A stretch of 59,467 bases of DNA, counting the filler. It is 10 parts of 10 records of this genome, joined end to end, with 100 filler letters (N's around TTAATTAATTAA, not from the genome) between each part and the next. Parts side by side here need not be neighbours in the genome. Positions count along the whole stretch, not along the records: positions 16,999 to 22,159 come from SRR31147125_142894; positions 22,260 to 28,481 come from SRR31147125_143155; positions 28,582 to 33,588 come from SRR31147125_143902; 7 more parts are not named here. One strand, written 5' to 3'. How positions within the stretch are numbered: the stretch's first letter is position 1; each line of letters begins with the position of its first letter. The notes under the pieces are model-generated. The model searched no databases, was not told where the DNA came from, and worked only from the letters and a program-made list of their open reading frames with translations. Below, piece after piece: positions 19,926 to 29,261 of this stretch. A program made the position numbers and the translations under genes.

Positions 19926-21470
19926 ATGGAAGAAACACATAAAGAAACCCTTTTGTTTGTAGACGACGAGGAGAGCATCCTGGAGGTTGCCTCGGAATAT
20001 TTCAAAGCGAAAGGATATAGTATACTTACCGCCGAAAATGGGCGGATTGCAGCGGATATCATCGCCGAAAAGAGAATCGATTGCTGCTTTACGGATATCA
20101 ACATGCCGGAAATGGACGGATTGGAACTGGCCGAGCACATCCGCCTGGTTGATAACACTATTCCGGTCATCATCATGACCGGTTACCCGTCCTTGGATAA
20201 TACCATTCGTACCCTCAAAAACGGTGTCGTCGACTTTCTGATCAAGCCGGTCAATCTCAACCAGTTGGAAATTTGCGTCAAACGGGTCCTGCGGGAGCGG
20301 CAGCTATTCATCAAGAACATTTTTTTGACCAAGGAGGTGGAGGGCAAACAGCGGATTGAAAACCTCAATCGCGAATTGACCTACAAAGTCGAAGAACTCA
20401 ACACGCTCAACCGCATCATGACCGATTTCACCACGATCGGTTCCAGTTTCGACCTGTTCAAGCGCGTGGTGGACCTTTCCACTGAGCTGACCCATGCCGA
20501 CGAGGCCTGTTTTTACGTGATTAATGAATCAATCAAGCGACCGGTGCGGGTAGCCCGGTCGGTTGCCGGGAACAGCGGAGATTCAGTAGGAACGATTACC
20601 GGTGAATCCGACGCGGATATCAGCCAGTTAATCCTGGATAATTGTGAAGAGAACAAGCCGCTGCTGATTCACAGCAACAGCAATTTGCCAGGGCTGCCCC
20701 ATGATTTACGGTCGCTGATGCTTGTCCCGCTCAACATCCGCAATAAAGTATTCGGCGTATTGGCCGTATCCGTCACCGGCGGGGACATCCGGTTTTCGGA
20801 AAAAGATCTGTACTTCATGTCCTTCATGACCAATAAGGCCGCCTACGCCATCGAAAACATAGCCCTTTACGAGAATATCTACGAAAACCTGTTTGCCACC
20901 CTGTATGCCTTCGTAAAGGCCATCGAAGCGCGCGATCCATATACCGAACAGCATTCCAACCGCGTCACCCGTATCGCCATGACCTTGTGCCGGTCCATGG
21001 GGGGCAGCCAGGAGGAGCAGGATATCCTCAATGTTGCCGGTCAGCTTCATGACATCGGGAAAATCGGCATTCGGGATGACATCTTGCTTAAACCCGGCCG
21101 CTTAACCGATGAGGAATTTCGCATCATCAAGGAACATCCCGTGATCGGCGCCAATATCGTGGAGCGCCTGGGGTTGTGGGACCGGGAAAAACATATCATC
21201 AAATGCCACCACGAGCGCTTTGACGGCAAGGGGTATCCCGATGGCTTGGCCGGCGAGAATATTCCCATGTTGGCCCGCATCCTGTCGGTGGCCGATGTAT
21301 ACGATGCCATCGCCTCGGATCGTGCCTACCGGTTGAAGATGGAGGAGTCCAAGATCCTTCAAATCATGTATGGCGGGTCCGGTACACAATTCGACCCCGA
21401 TGTCATCAATACCTTCAGATCGCTCTACGATCGGGGGGATCTCAGGGAAATTATCGCAACTACCGCATGA
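19926..21470 (+). CDS. Response regulator with REC, GAF and HD-GYP (c-di-GMP phosphodiesterase) domains
   Basis: VDDE/TDINMP receiver, central GAF-like region, and HSNRV, LHDIGKI, HHERFDGKGYPDG, VADVYDA. Confidence 0.93.
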   Translation: MEETHKETLLFVDDEESILEVASEYFKAKGYSILTAENGRIAADIIAEKRIDCCFTDINMPEMDGLELAEHIRLVDNTIPVIIMTGYPSLDNTIRTLKNGVVDFLIKPVNLNQLEICVKRVLRERQLFIKNIFLTKEVEGKQRIENLNRELTYKVEELNTLNRIMTDFTTIGSSFDLFKRVVDLSTELTHADEACFYVINESIKRPVRVARSVAGNSGDSVGTITGESDADISQLILDNCEENKPLLIHSNSNLPGLPHDLRSLMLVPLNIRNKVFGVLAVSVTGGDIRFSEKDLYFMSFMTNKAAYAIENIALYENIYENLFATLYAFVKAIEARDPYTEQHSNRVTRIAMTLCRSMGGSQEEQDILNVAGQLHDIGKIGIRDDILLKPGRLTDEEFRIIKEHPVIGANIVERLGLWDREKHIIKCHHERFDGKGYPDGLAGENIPMLARILSVADVYDAIASDRAYRLKMEESKILQIMYGGSGTQFDPDVINTFRSLYDRGDLREIIATTA

Positions 21471-21760
21471 CCCGGGTTGCTTTTATGCTCCACCCCAGTC
21501 GCCCGCCAGTGTGTCAAGCAACGGCCTGCCATCGATTTTGTATACTATACGCCCCTATCCATCGCTTACCGATTCGACCTGTGGACTAAACGTTCCTCTC
21601 CCGCATGGGCGTTGCAGAGAACCGAATACCCCAAATCGTGTCTCCTTGCATTCCCACCCTTTATCATTTTAGCTGAATGGTGTAAAAAACGGGGTAATGA
21701 TCGATGCCCCCTTGGGATGCCCCATGGCAGATCATGCTCGACAAAAGGAAAAGGAGCCGT

Positions 21761-22159
21761 ATGATAGCCTGGTCGGAACCACAGGGTCTGAAAATCTGGA
21801 TCCTGAGAGGATTCAGCTTGCGGGGAACGGTTCTGCTGCTCGCCGTCCTATCCATCGCCATTTCCGAAGTCCGCTTCAGTTGGGTGGAGATCCTGGCGGG
21901 GCGTTATCTTGCGGCTACCAACAGCAGCCGCCCGGAATCCGGCAATGTTTGGGAGCAGGGCAGATTGAAACAGGTCGCCACCCAGACGTTGGAACAAATG
22001 GCGACCAAAAAGCTCACCGCCCAGCGAGAGGCCCGTGAAGCGGCGTCGCTTGCCCAACTGATCGACAACCTATCGGTATCCCAGGGAACCATGATCTCCG
22101 CGGATCAATTCAAGGCACTCTACAGTAAGATTCCCGAGGGCGCCGCGCGGGCCCTTTTT
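21761..22159 (+). CDS. Hypothetical membrane-anchored protein, 3'-truncated
   Basis: AAGGAG RBS before ATG 21761, an N-terminal hydrophobic helix, open to the contig end. Confidence 0.65.
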
Positions 22160-22259
22160 NNNNNNNNNNNNNNNNNNNNNNNNNNNNNNNNNNNNNNNNN
22201 NNNTTAATTAATTAANNNNNNNNNNNNNNNNNNNNNNNNNNNNNNNNNNNNNNNNNNNN
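22160..22259. other. Artificial contig spacer
   Basis: N44-TTAATTAATTAA-N44. Confidence 0.99.
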
Positions 22260-22557
22260 ACACGCCCGACCAGATGGGGAACTGGACCTTGCCGCCTTCG
22301 AACTCCGCCCATACCGATGCCCCTTCTTCGGGAACAAGAAACACGCCGATGTCCTCGTTACCGCCGTAGGGAAAGCATGGCGATGCCCAGTCCGACCAAT
22401 TCTCCTTGCCGGTACCAAGCACCGCCGGCACTTCCAAACGGCAGCGCCCGAGACGTTCGGGGTCGTTGTTATCGCGCACAAAACCCCGGTATTTGCCGTA
22501 CCAGCGGTTCTTGTAACGCTCCTCATGTTGTCGGTCCTGGGTTTCGATCACAGACAA
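22260..22557 (-). CDS. Baseplate spike protein (gpV/VgrG OB-fold), 3'-truncated
   Basis: YGKYRGFVRDNNDPERLGR...WASPCFPY...VPEEGASVWAEFEGG...PIWSG is the OB-fold signature. Confidence 0.9.
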
Positions 22558-22566
22558 TCCTCCCGC

Positions 22567-22893
22567 TTATTTCAGTGGCAGAACGCCGCGCAGTACCTCT
22601 CGCACCACACGGGTCGCAAGTCCATCAGCCTTCTTTTTCGGATCGGCCTTGGTCACCGCGTGACGAAGGGCATCCTTGGCCGCCGTCTGGAGATTGATTT
22701 CCTTAGTTGCGACTCCACTTTTCACCTCTTTTGCTCCCATTCGCTCAATGACACCGATAACCGCATCCAACGCCGCGGCCTTGGCCCGGCCCCACGAAGT
22801 CAGTTTGATAATCGCCAGAAGCGTCGCGAGAAAAGTCCCGATGAGCTCCTTGTGGTCCAAAATAAAGGTCAGAATCTGTTCAAGCTGTTGCAT
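22567..22893 (-). CDS. Putative holin
   Basis: 108 aa with one N-terminal hydrophobic helix and a basic tail; overlaps the end of the peptidase gene. Confidence 0.55.
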   Translation of the reverse strand: MQQLEQILTFILDHKELIGTFLATLLAIIKLTSWGRAKAAALDAVIGVIERMGAKEVKSGVATKEINLQTAAKDALRHAVTKADPKKKADGLATRVVREVLRGVLPLK

Positions 22894-23311
22894 GGTCGTT
22901 TCCTCCTGTGTTTTTCAGCGCTTCTGCAAGCGCAACGTATTTCCCGTCGAGCTGTCCCCAGCGGGCTCGTCCGTCTCGCACATCCACATGAATAAATCCC
23001 TTATCCGGATAGACGCCGATTCCGCCGTTGTGAAAGGCCTCAATATCTTCGGCCAAGCGATACATCTCGGCCGGAGTCATTCCTATCACTACGATGTCCG
23101 CCGCGGTTCCGAGCAGATGCTGACTTCGGGTTGCTCCGCCTATCGCCCGATTGTGTTCCGAACAGCGGTAACCGCTGGTGACTCGAACCGGCAGACCTGC
23201 GAGATCGCGCAGCTCCTGCAGCGCATCCACCAGCCGCTGGTTGATCTCGGCCCGGTCGCAGCATCGACATGCGAATTCATGCCGTGAAAAGTTCTTGCTT
23301 AGATCTCCCAT
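22880..23311 (-). CDS. Peptidase M15A family protein, putative endolysin
   Basis: FSRHEFAC, SGYRC...N..IGG, SQHLLGTAAD and FIHVDVR zinc-peptidase motifs. Confidence 0.92.
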   Translation of the reverse strand: MGDLSKNFSRHEFACRCCDRAEINQRLVDALQELRDLAGLPVRVTSGYRCSEHNRAIGGATRSQHLLGTAADIVVIGMTPAEMYRLAEDIEAFHNGGIGVYPDKGFIHVDVRDGRARWGQLDGKYVALAEALKNTGGNDHATA

Positions 23312-23324
23312 TTATTTCGCCTCC

Positions 23325-24587
23325 TTACCGTCGTTGCCCGCTATCCGCGTCGATGGTCACCATCTGAGGCGGTTCTTCCTGGGGTGTCAGCGGCGCTTCC
23401 TGATCGTTTTGCTTGCCCTTGGCCTCAATCGACTTGTCGCCGGCTCCTTTACCCAGGGCGTTTTTCTTGAGTTTGAGTTCGCACTGATATCCACCGTCAC
23501 CGATGGCGTGGCGGATCGAATGGCAGTAATAGATTCCGGAGAACTTCTGACCGACGCCCTTGACTTCCACGTTCTGTTTGGCCCGCAGTACGGGAATGCC
23601 GATGGTGACGGCGACGGCCTCGACCTGGCGGAGCTCGGCTTCCTTGAACTTGCCTTCGGCCAGGTCCTGGGCGGGTTCCTGACGCGGCTCTTCGTGGAAG
23701 CCTTCGGAACGTTCAAAGCTGGGAACGATTTGTCCCGACTCCTGTTCCTTAAAGGCTCCCTCGCCGGTATTTCCGTCGACCAGGTAGGTGCGCTTACCGA
23801 GAGACGTGCGCTCCGGCGTGGTCTCGTTGTTGGCGGTATGTTCCACGGGCTCTTTCTTGCGTGGATTGACGCCGGTGGTCTTGGTCTCCGTTCCGGCTCC
23901 TTTTGCCCCCTGTGATTGGGTGGACGGGCGGAAGGAACGGGCGCCCTTACGTTCGGTGAAGTATTCAAGGACCGCGGCGGGCTTTTTCTCCAGCTCGCGG
24001 GGATGAAAGTGCAGTTCGTCGTCCTGGATGTAAAAGGCGTAGCCCGTAACTCCGTCGCCATCCTGTTCACGGGCTTTGATTGCGAGTTCCTTGAGAAACT
24101 GGGCGTCGGAGATGTTGCTTTGCGCGACCCGCAGATGTTGTCCCTTGGTGGGCTTCACCACCGACGTCAGCCCGTTGGCGGAGCTAATCTCCTCAGCGAT
24201 CTCCGAGTAGAGGATGCCCGGAGCGGGCTTTTTCCAAACCTTCTGGTTCTCTTTGCCTGCCAGTTTGAAACCCTTGTCATAGGCCTTGATGCGAATGGTT
24301 GGATCGCCGCTCTCTGGAAAGTCGTAATCGATGTCCTTGATGACTGCCTTTTTGCGCGGGGAGAGGTTGTCGACATATCCGAAGCGCGCGACGATCTCGT
24401 TGCCCTCCTGGAACAACGGATCATCCACAAACTGCAGGTTGCGGTTCGTGACCGACAACTCCAGGACATCGAGTTCCTCCTCGTTGTCCTCAAAGACGAA
24501 TGAGGTTATCTCCTGCGTGATGTCCGCCGATAATGTCTGTCCCTCGATCTGAATCAGGAACGTCGGTTTGAATGTGTCGAAATCCAT
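23325..24587 (-). CDS. Phage late control D / baseplate hub protein
   Basis: gpD-like layout: FGY, Q.N.SD.QFL..LA, G.P.LRA, GVGQKFSGIYY...HAI...GY. Confidence 0.85.
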   Translation of the reverse strand: MDFDTFKPTFLIQIEGQTLSADITQEITSFVFEDNEEELDVLELSVTNRNLQFVDDPLFQEGNEIVARFGYVDNLSPRKKAVIKDIDYDFPESGDPTIRIKAYDKGFKLAGKENQKVWKKPAPGILYSEIAEEISSANGLTSVVKPTKGQHLRVAQSNISDAQFLKELAIKAREQDGDGVTGYAFYIQDDELHFHPRELEKKPAAVLEYFTERKGARSFRPSTQSQGAKGAGTETKTTGVNPRKKEPVEHTANNETTPERTSLGKRTYLVDGNTGEGAFKEQESGQIVPSFERSEGFHEEPRQEPAQDLAEGKFKEAELRQVEAVAVTIGIPVLRAKQNVEVKGVGQKFSGIYYCHSIRHAIGDGGYQCELKLKKNALGKGAGDKSIEAKGKQNDQEAPLTPQEEPPQMVTIDADSGQRR

Positions 24588-24686
24588 GCGCCTAACTCCG
24601 GTTGTACCGCCGGCATGGCGGTCTTCACCGGATACTTACCGGAGCCTGGGAAAAGTTGTCGGCGCGAATGGAATGAAAGGCTTGAG

Positions 24687-24977
24687 TCAGCTCAGCAGAC
24701 GCATCAGAACATGTTCAACGGACGGAATACGAAGCACGGTGCCGGGTTCGATCTCCAGGGGGAAAAAGATGTCGTTGTAATCGCAGATGATCCACCACAG
24801 ACCGGCACGGTCCAGGTAGCGGTGGGCCAGCAGATCCAGCCTGTCGCCCTCGACCACCGTGTGGAAGCGATCATCGGGACGGGGAGTTGTATCGACGCGC
24901 GGACGGACTCCCAGAAACTCATCATCATGATCCGTGTAAAGGATGCCCGCTGCATAGCGGGAACGACGTCCGATCAT
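24687..24977 (-). CDS. LysM/gpX-like tail protein
   Basis: HTVVEGDRLDLLAHRYL...WWIICDYN...PGTVLRIP. Confidence 0.85.
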   Translation of the reverse strand: MIGRRSRYAAGILYTDHDDEFLGVRPRVDTTPRPDDRFHTVVEGDRLDLLAHRYLDRAGLWWIICDYNDIFFPLEIEPGTVLRIPSVEHVLMRLLS

Positions 24978-25450
24978 CCGCGCACCTCCGAGTAATCCAC
25001 CGACTCGTCGATGTACTCCTCGAGCACCATGTCGACTTCGGCATGTTGGGGAAGTAGATTGTCCCTGTCGAACAGGTGAAAAAAGCGCGCCTTGACCTGC
25101 CTGACCACGCAGAGCACACCGGGATAAAGATCACCAAACATGAACAGCACACGGTGCGGCGCGTTCTTGAGCATCGTTCCTGCATGCTCCGGGTAGAGGA
25201 GCGAGCGCAGCCAGTCCACCGATTCCTTGACCGGTCCCTTGAAGAATAGAATCTTGAAGCTGATCTTACGGGGCTCGCCGGCCACATATTGGTAGCGGGG
25301 ATGGCTCATCCCTGGAATCTTGATGGCGGCGTAAGCGGTGCTTTTGTCGTCCACGATATCGTTGGGGTTGTATTGGAAATCCAGGTAGTCACCCGTATCC
25401 ACATCCACGATGTATGCTGCGATCTCTTTCTGGTCCCAGGCCACGATCAA
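24974..25450 (-). CDS. Tail tube initiator-like protein (gpU / CIS-tube-like)
   Basis: FQYNP, IPG...P.YQYV.G, and P.RVLFMFG patterns; located between the tape measure and LysM genes. Confidence 0.7.
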   Translation of the reverse strand: MIVAWDQKEIAAYIVDVDTGDYLDFQYNPNDIVDDKSTAYAAIKIPGMSHPRYQYVAGEPRKISFKILFFKGPVKESVDWLRSLLYPEHAGTMLKNAPHRVLFMFGDLYPGVLCVVRQVKARFFHLFDRDNLLPQHAEVDMVLEEYIDESVDYSEVRG

Positions 25451-25758
25451 AACTCCTCGATCTCAATCACGGTCTTGCCCAAGTTAAGGGCGTGGTCCAT
25501 CTCTCTGCGCATGCCGCTGGAAACCCCATCTCCGATATAGGCCCAGACCTCGTCACAGCTTTTCATGAAAATCAGTCCACAGGAGATGCCGATCTCCCGC
25601 TCCGACGCCTTTTCATCGTCAAGGAAGCGGGTAAACAAAAGATGGGGTGCGAAAGGAGAAAAACCGCGCTCCACAGCCTTGCGGCACAAGCGCTCGGCGA
25701 CAGTTACATTGCGGGTGACGTCTCCCGCATATCGACTGCAAATGAATATTTTTTTCAT
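25447..25758 (-). CDS. DUF4406 / nucleoside deoxyribosyltransferase-like small protein
   Basis: KIFICSRYAGD, PFAPHLLF..FLDD...ER..G, CDEVW and SSGMRRE. Start set at MKKIF. Confidence 0.75.
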   Translation of the reverse strand: MKKIFICSRYAGDVTRNVTVAERLCRKAVERGFSPFAPHLLFTRFLDDEKASEREIGISCGLIFMKSCDEVWAYIGDGVSSGMRREMDHALNLGKTVIEIEEF

Positions 25759-25765
25759 GCTATCC

Positions 25766-28480
25766 TCACAGCGTTTCGTAATTCTTGATTTTGCGCTCAC
25801 GCAGATCGCGATATACCGATTGGGCAACCTGACGTCCATCGAGCAAGGTGGTCACCGAGACGTCGATGGGCCGTTCCGCGAGCGCGTCGAATTTGCTCAG
25901 GATGGCCTCCAATACCGGCAGGAGGTTCTCTCCGGTGGACGACTGCGTGAAACCGTTATTTCCTGCTCCAAGGACACCTCTGGTCTCGCCGAGAAGACGC
26001 GATTGTTCAGGAGGCGCAGCCTCCGGTCTCGTTTCCATGATCGCCGGTTCGGTTCCGAAGAGAGGCGTTCCCGCCGAAGGGATTTCACCAGCTACAACCG
26101 GCGTAAGCGCCAGTGTCCCGGCCAGCATCGATGGTACGGCTACACGTCCCAACATATCGTTCATGAAACCGAAGGCTCCAGCGATTGCCTTGGCAGGAAC
26201 CGTCGCGGCCTTGGCGATCCCTCCAGCCAGCGCTTCCAGTAGTGCTGATCCGCTACGAGTCAGATTGGCCAGCGGACCTTCCTTGGCGTCGGAAAACGGC
26301 AACAGATCGCGAACAAAAGACAGGGCCGACTTGGCCGCCCGGTACGGTGCGGTGACCGCCGATTTGATCCCTTCTCCCACCGTGGTGAGAATGGCTTTCC
26401 CGCTTTCAAACGCGGTGCCTGCCAGGTTGGATACAGTGGATGTCACGGAATCCCACGCTCCCGAGGCGGCGTTCTTTACCTTTTCCCAGGCGGAAGATGC
26501 GACTGAAGCCAGCCCCTCGAACGGAGCTTTGATCCACTCCCAGGCGCTTTGCGACATTGATCTGAGACCGTCCCAGGCCATGGATGCGGCGTTGGTGATG
26601 TGACTCCACGCACTTGAAGCCGCATCGGCGATCCAGGTAAAGGGTGCGCTCACGAAGGACCACGCCGACTGAGCAAGGTTGCCGATCCCGTTCCACAATT
26701 CACTCGCGGTGGAACGAATCCCGTCCCAGACGCTTCCGGCTACATTACCGATCCAGTTAAACGGCGCGGCCACGGCATCAAACGCCGCTGCGCCGAGACC
26801 CTTGATCCCGTTCCAAGTGGAAGCGACCACGCCAGTGACGCCGCGCCACGCGGACGCGGCCAACTCGACGCCTTTTCGAAACGGCCAGGTCAGCGCCGAG
26901 AGGATGCCGGAGCCCAAGGACTTGATGCCTTGCCATACCCAGCGAACAGCGGAGAACATCCCCTTGAGCGCCACACCGAGTATCTTGCCCGGCAACGAAA
27001 GGACTCCCAGCATACCTTTGGCGAGAGTCTTGAGAATCGCCGCCCCGGAATTGCTCAGACTGGACAAAGGTCCTGTCTCGGCATCTGAGAACGGCAGCAG
27101 CTTTCTGAGCCAACCGAGCGCCTTCTTGAGAAGTTCGAAAGGATAGGTCACCGCCGACCAGAGACCTTTTCCCAGGGCGATCAATAGCCGTTTGCCGGCT
27201 TCGAAAAAGGTCGTGTCGCCCGAGAAAAAGCTCCGCACCGCCCCGAAAACATCCCTCAAAGTTCGCACCAGCGGCAGGTCCATGAACACGGCGACCAGCG
27301 ACGATGCGATGGCGGTGAAGAACCGTCCGATAGACGAGAACAATCCCTTGATAAAATTCCAGACACCGACGATCACATCCCGGGCCCACAGAAACGGTGT
27401 GGCCAGGAAATTAAAAACGGCGCTGCCTATGGACTTTAATCCGTCGACTACTGAGAGGTCGCCGGTGAGCACTTGCCAGACTGTGTAAACCACCCGGCCG
27501 ACCATGCGGAGCGCCTGGACCAGGAGGCGGATCGGCAGGAAAAACTTGTAGATGAACTTCCCGGCCTCGATGAAAGCCGTGACAATGGTCTTGCCCAGCC
27601 AGACGACCGCGCGCACCACCCAGGTGACGATCTTGACGACCGCCACCAGGTTGTAGATTACGAACTTGAGCAGATACGCGCCCACCTTGGCGATGACACC
27701 CAAAACCGTGCCGAGCGTTTCTCCCAAACTTCGATAGGATGAAGCGTCGGCGGAAGATGCCGCCAAGCCGAAGATTTCCAGAACCGAAAAGACCGCCTTG
27801 TAGAGAGCGCCGTATGCCTGCATGAGCGCACTAACCGCCGGTTCAAGAATCGCCCGGATCTTTCCGAACGCGTTGGAAAAGGCTTGCCATAAACCTGTCA
27901 GGAATTGGCGCACCCGGTAATAGATACGGAACACCGTAACTACGAGTCCCATCAATCCGGCCGCCTCTAACTTTTTGGCCAGCTCAGCCGACATCCGTCC
28001 GGACCCTCCGCTCAGGGAAGAGATCAGCTCACGGATACCGCCCACGACGAGTTTTACCTTTTCCCACGCTCCAAGAATCGTGTCGCGGATGCCGCCGAAG
28101 TTGGTCTCCCACGCCCGTTTGAGCAAATAGACGGCCAGCACCACGCCTCCGATGATGGCCACAACCGGCAGAAAATAGGTAGCGAACACCGACCCGACAC
28201 CGGCCACAGCCGCTCCCATGGCCGCGAGACCGGCCTTGATGGCGGGAAGCATCAAACCGATGGTCCCCGCGGCGGCGATCACGCCGCCCACAACCACGAG
28301 CACCGCACCAAGGGCCATGGACAGGGTGAGAACAACCCTGGTCAATCCCGGCATGGACTTGGCCAGTTTCTGAAAGAAGAGCACGGCTTTGGAAATGCCC
28401 TGAATAATCGGTGTGACCACCGGGAGCAGTGTGCGGCCGAGGATTTCAGACAGGTTACTGATCTGCTGCCACAGGAAGCC
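25766..28480 (-). CDS. Phage tail tape measure protein, 5'-truncated
   Basis: About 900 aa open to the contig edge, Ala/Gly-rich, periodic Trp/Phe repeats, AWETNFGGIRD segment and duplicated LLPFSDA..GPL motif. Confidence 0.92.
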   Translation of the reverse strand, partial: GFLWQQISNLSEILGRTLLPVVTPIIQGISKAVLFFQKLAKSMPGLTRVVLTLSMALGAVLVVVGGVIAAAGTIGLMLPAIKAGLAAMGAAVAGVGSVFATYFLPVVAIIGGVVLAVYLLKRAWETNFGGIRDTILGAWEKVKLVVGGIRELISSLSGGSGRMSAELAKKLEAAGLMGLVVTVFRIYYRVRQFLTGLWQAFSNAFGKIRAILEPAVSALMQAYGALYKAVFSVLEIFGLAASSADASSYRSLGETLGTVLGVIAKVGAYLLKFVIYNLVAVVKIVTWVVRAVVWLGKTIVTAFIEAGKFIYKFFLPIRLLVQALRMVGRVVYTVWQVLTGDLSVVDGLKSIGSAVFNFLATPFLWARDVIVGVWNFIKGLFSSIGRFFTAIASSLVAVFMDLPLVRTLRDVFGAVRSFFSGDTTFFEAGKRLLIALGKGLWSAVTYPFELLKKALGWLRKLLPFSDAETGPLSSLSNSGAAILKTLAKGMLGVLSLPGKILGVALKGMFSAVRWVWQGIKSLGSGILSALTWPFRKGVELAASAWRGVTGVVASTWNGIKGLGAAAFDAVAAPFNWIGNVAGSVWDGIRSTASELWNGIGNLAQSAWSFVSAPFTWIADAASSAWSHITNAASMAWDGLRSMSQSAWEWIKAPFEGLASVASSAWEKVKNAASGAWDSVTSTVSNLAGTAFESGKAILTTVGEGIKSAVTAPYRAAKSALSFVRDLLPFSDAKEGPLANLTRSGSALLEALAGGIAKAATVPAKAIAGAFGFMNDMLGRVAVPSMLAGTLALTPVVAGEIPSAGTPLFGTEPAIMETRPEAAPPEQSRLLGETRGVLGAGNNGFTQSSTGENLLPVLEAILSKFDALAERPIDVSVTTLLDGRQVAQSVYRDLRERKIKNYETL

Positions 28481-28481
28481 C

Positions 28482-28581
28482 NNNNNNNNNNNNNNNNNNN
28501 NNNNNNNNNNNNNNNNNNNNNNNNNTTAATTAATTAANNNNNNNNNNNNNNNNNNNNNNNNNNNNNNNNNNNNNNNNNNNN
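28482..28581. other. Artificial contig spacer
   Basis: N44-TTAATTAATTAA-N44. Confidence 0.99.
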
Positions 28582-29241
28582 GTAGTAGAGAAGTTGAAAG
28601 AAAAGGGCAAGCTTGAAAACACTTTGATTGTAATTACTTCCGACCACGGAAATTACAACTATGCAAAATCAACGATTTACGAAGGCGGCGTAAAAATTCC
28701 TCTAATGATGTATTGGCCTGCCGGAATTGAAAAAGGTCAGACCTACAATGATTTGGTTCAAAACATCGACTTCACTCCAACTTTTCTTGATTTGGCAGGA
28801 GTGAAACTGAATTCAGTAAAAGAACTGGATGGAGTTAGCTTAAAAGAGACATTAAACGGTAGCCAAAAACCAGTTCACGATTACCTCTTTTTTGAATTGG
28901 GCTTCGCACGAGGCGTAATGACCAAAGACTGGAAATACATTGCAGTTCGTTACGATGAGAAATCGGAAAAACTGGTAGATGAAGGACATGTTTGGACAGG
29001 ATGGGACGAACATAAATTTAAACAACCTTACTATATTAGAAACTCTCATTTGGGGTATCATGCTGCTTTGTTAAACGAACACTATTTCGAACGTAATCAG
29101 CTTTACAACCTGAACAAGGATCAAAAAGAAGATAAAAATATTGCAGAAGCAAATCCGAAAAAGGTAAAGGAAATGAAAAAGCTTCTGATTAAAAGTTTAA
29201 AGTCGTTTCCCAGTCGGCCTTATGGGGAGTTTGTGAATTAG
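28582..29241 (+). CDS. Sulfatase, C-terminal part
   Basis: ENTLIVITSDHG, YEGGVKIPL, NIDFTPTFLDLAG and QLYNL. Confidence 0.9.
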   Translation, partial: VVEKLKEKGKLENTLIVITSDHGNYNYAKSTIYEGGVKIPLMMYWPAGIEKGQTYNDLVQNIDFTPTFLDLAGVKLNSVKELDGVSLKETLNGSQKPVHDYLFFELGFARGVMTKDWKYIAVRYDEKSEKLVDEGHVWTGWDEHKFKQPYYIRNSHLGYHAALLNEHYFERNQLYNLNKDQKEDKNIAEANPKKVKEMKKLLIKSLKSFPSRPYGEFVN

Positions 29242-29261
29242 AAAAGAAATTGTATTTAACT

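Larger units (their letters stand above)
22260..28481 (-). mobile_element. Fragment of a myovirus-type (pro)phage or contractile injection system tail module
   Basis: Eight tightly packed co-oriented genes: tape measure, tube-initiator-like, LysM/gpX-like, gpD-like hub, endolysin, holin-like and spike. Confidence 0.9.
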
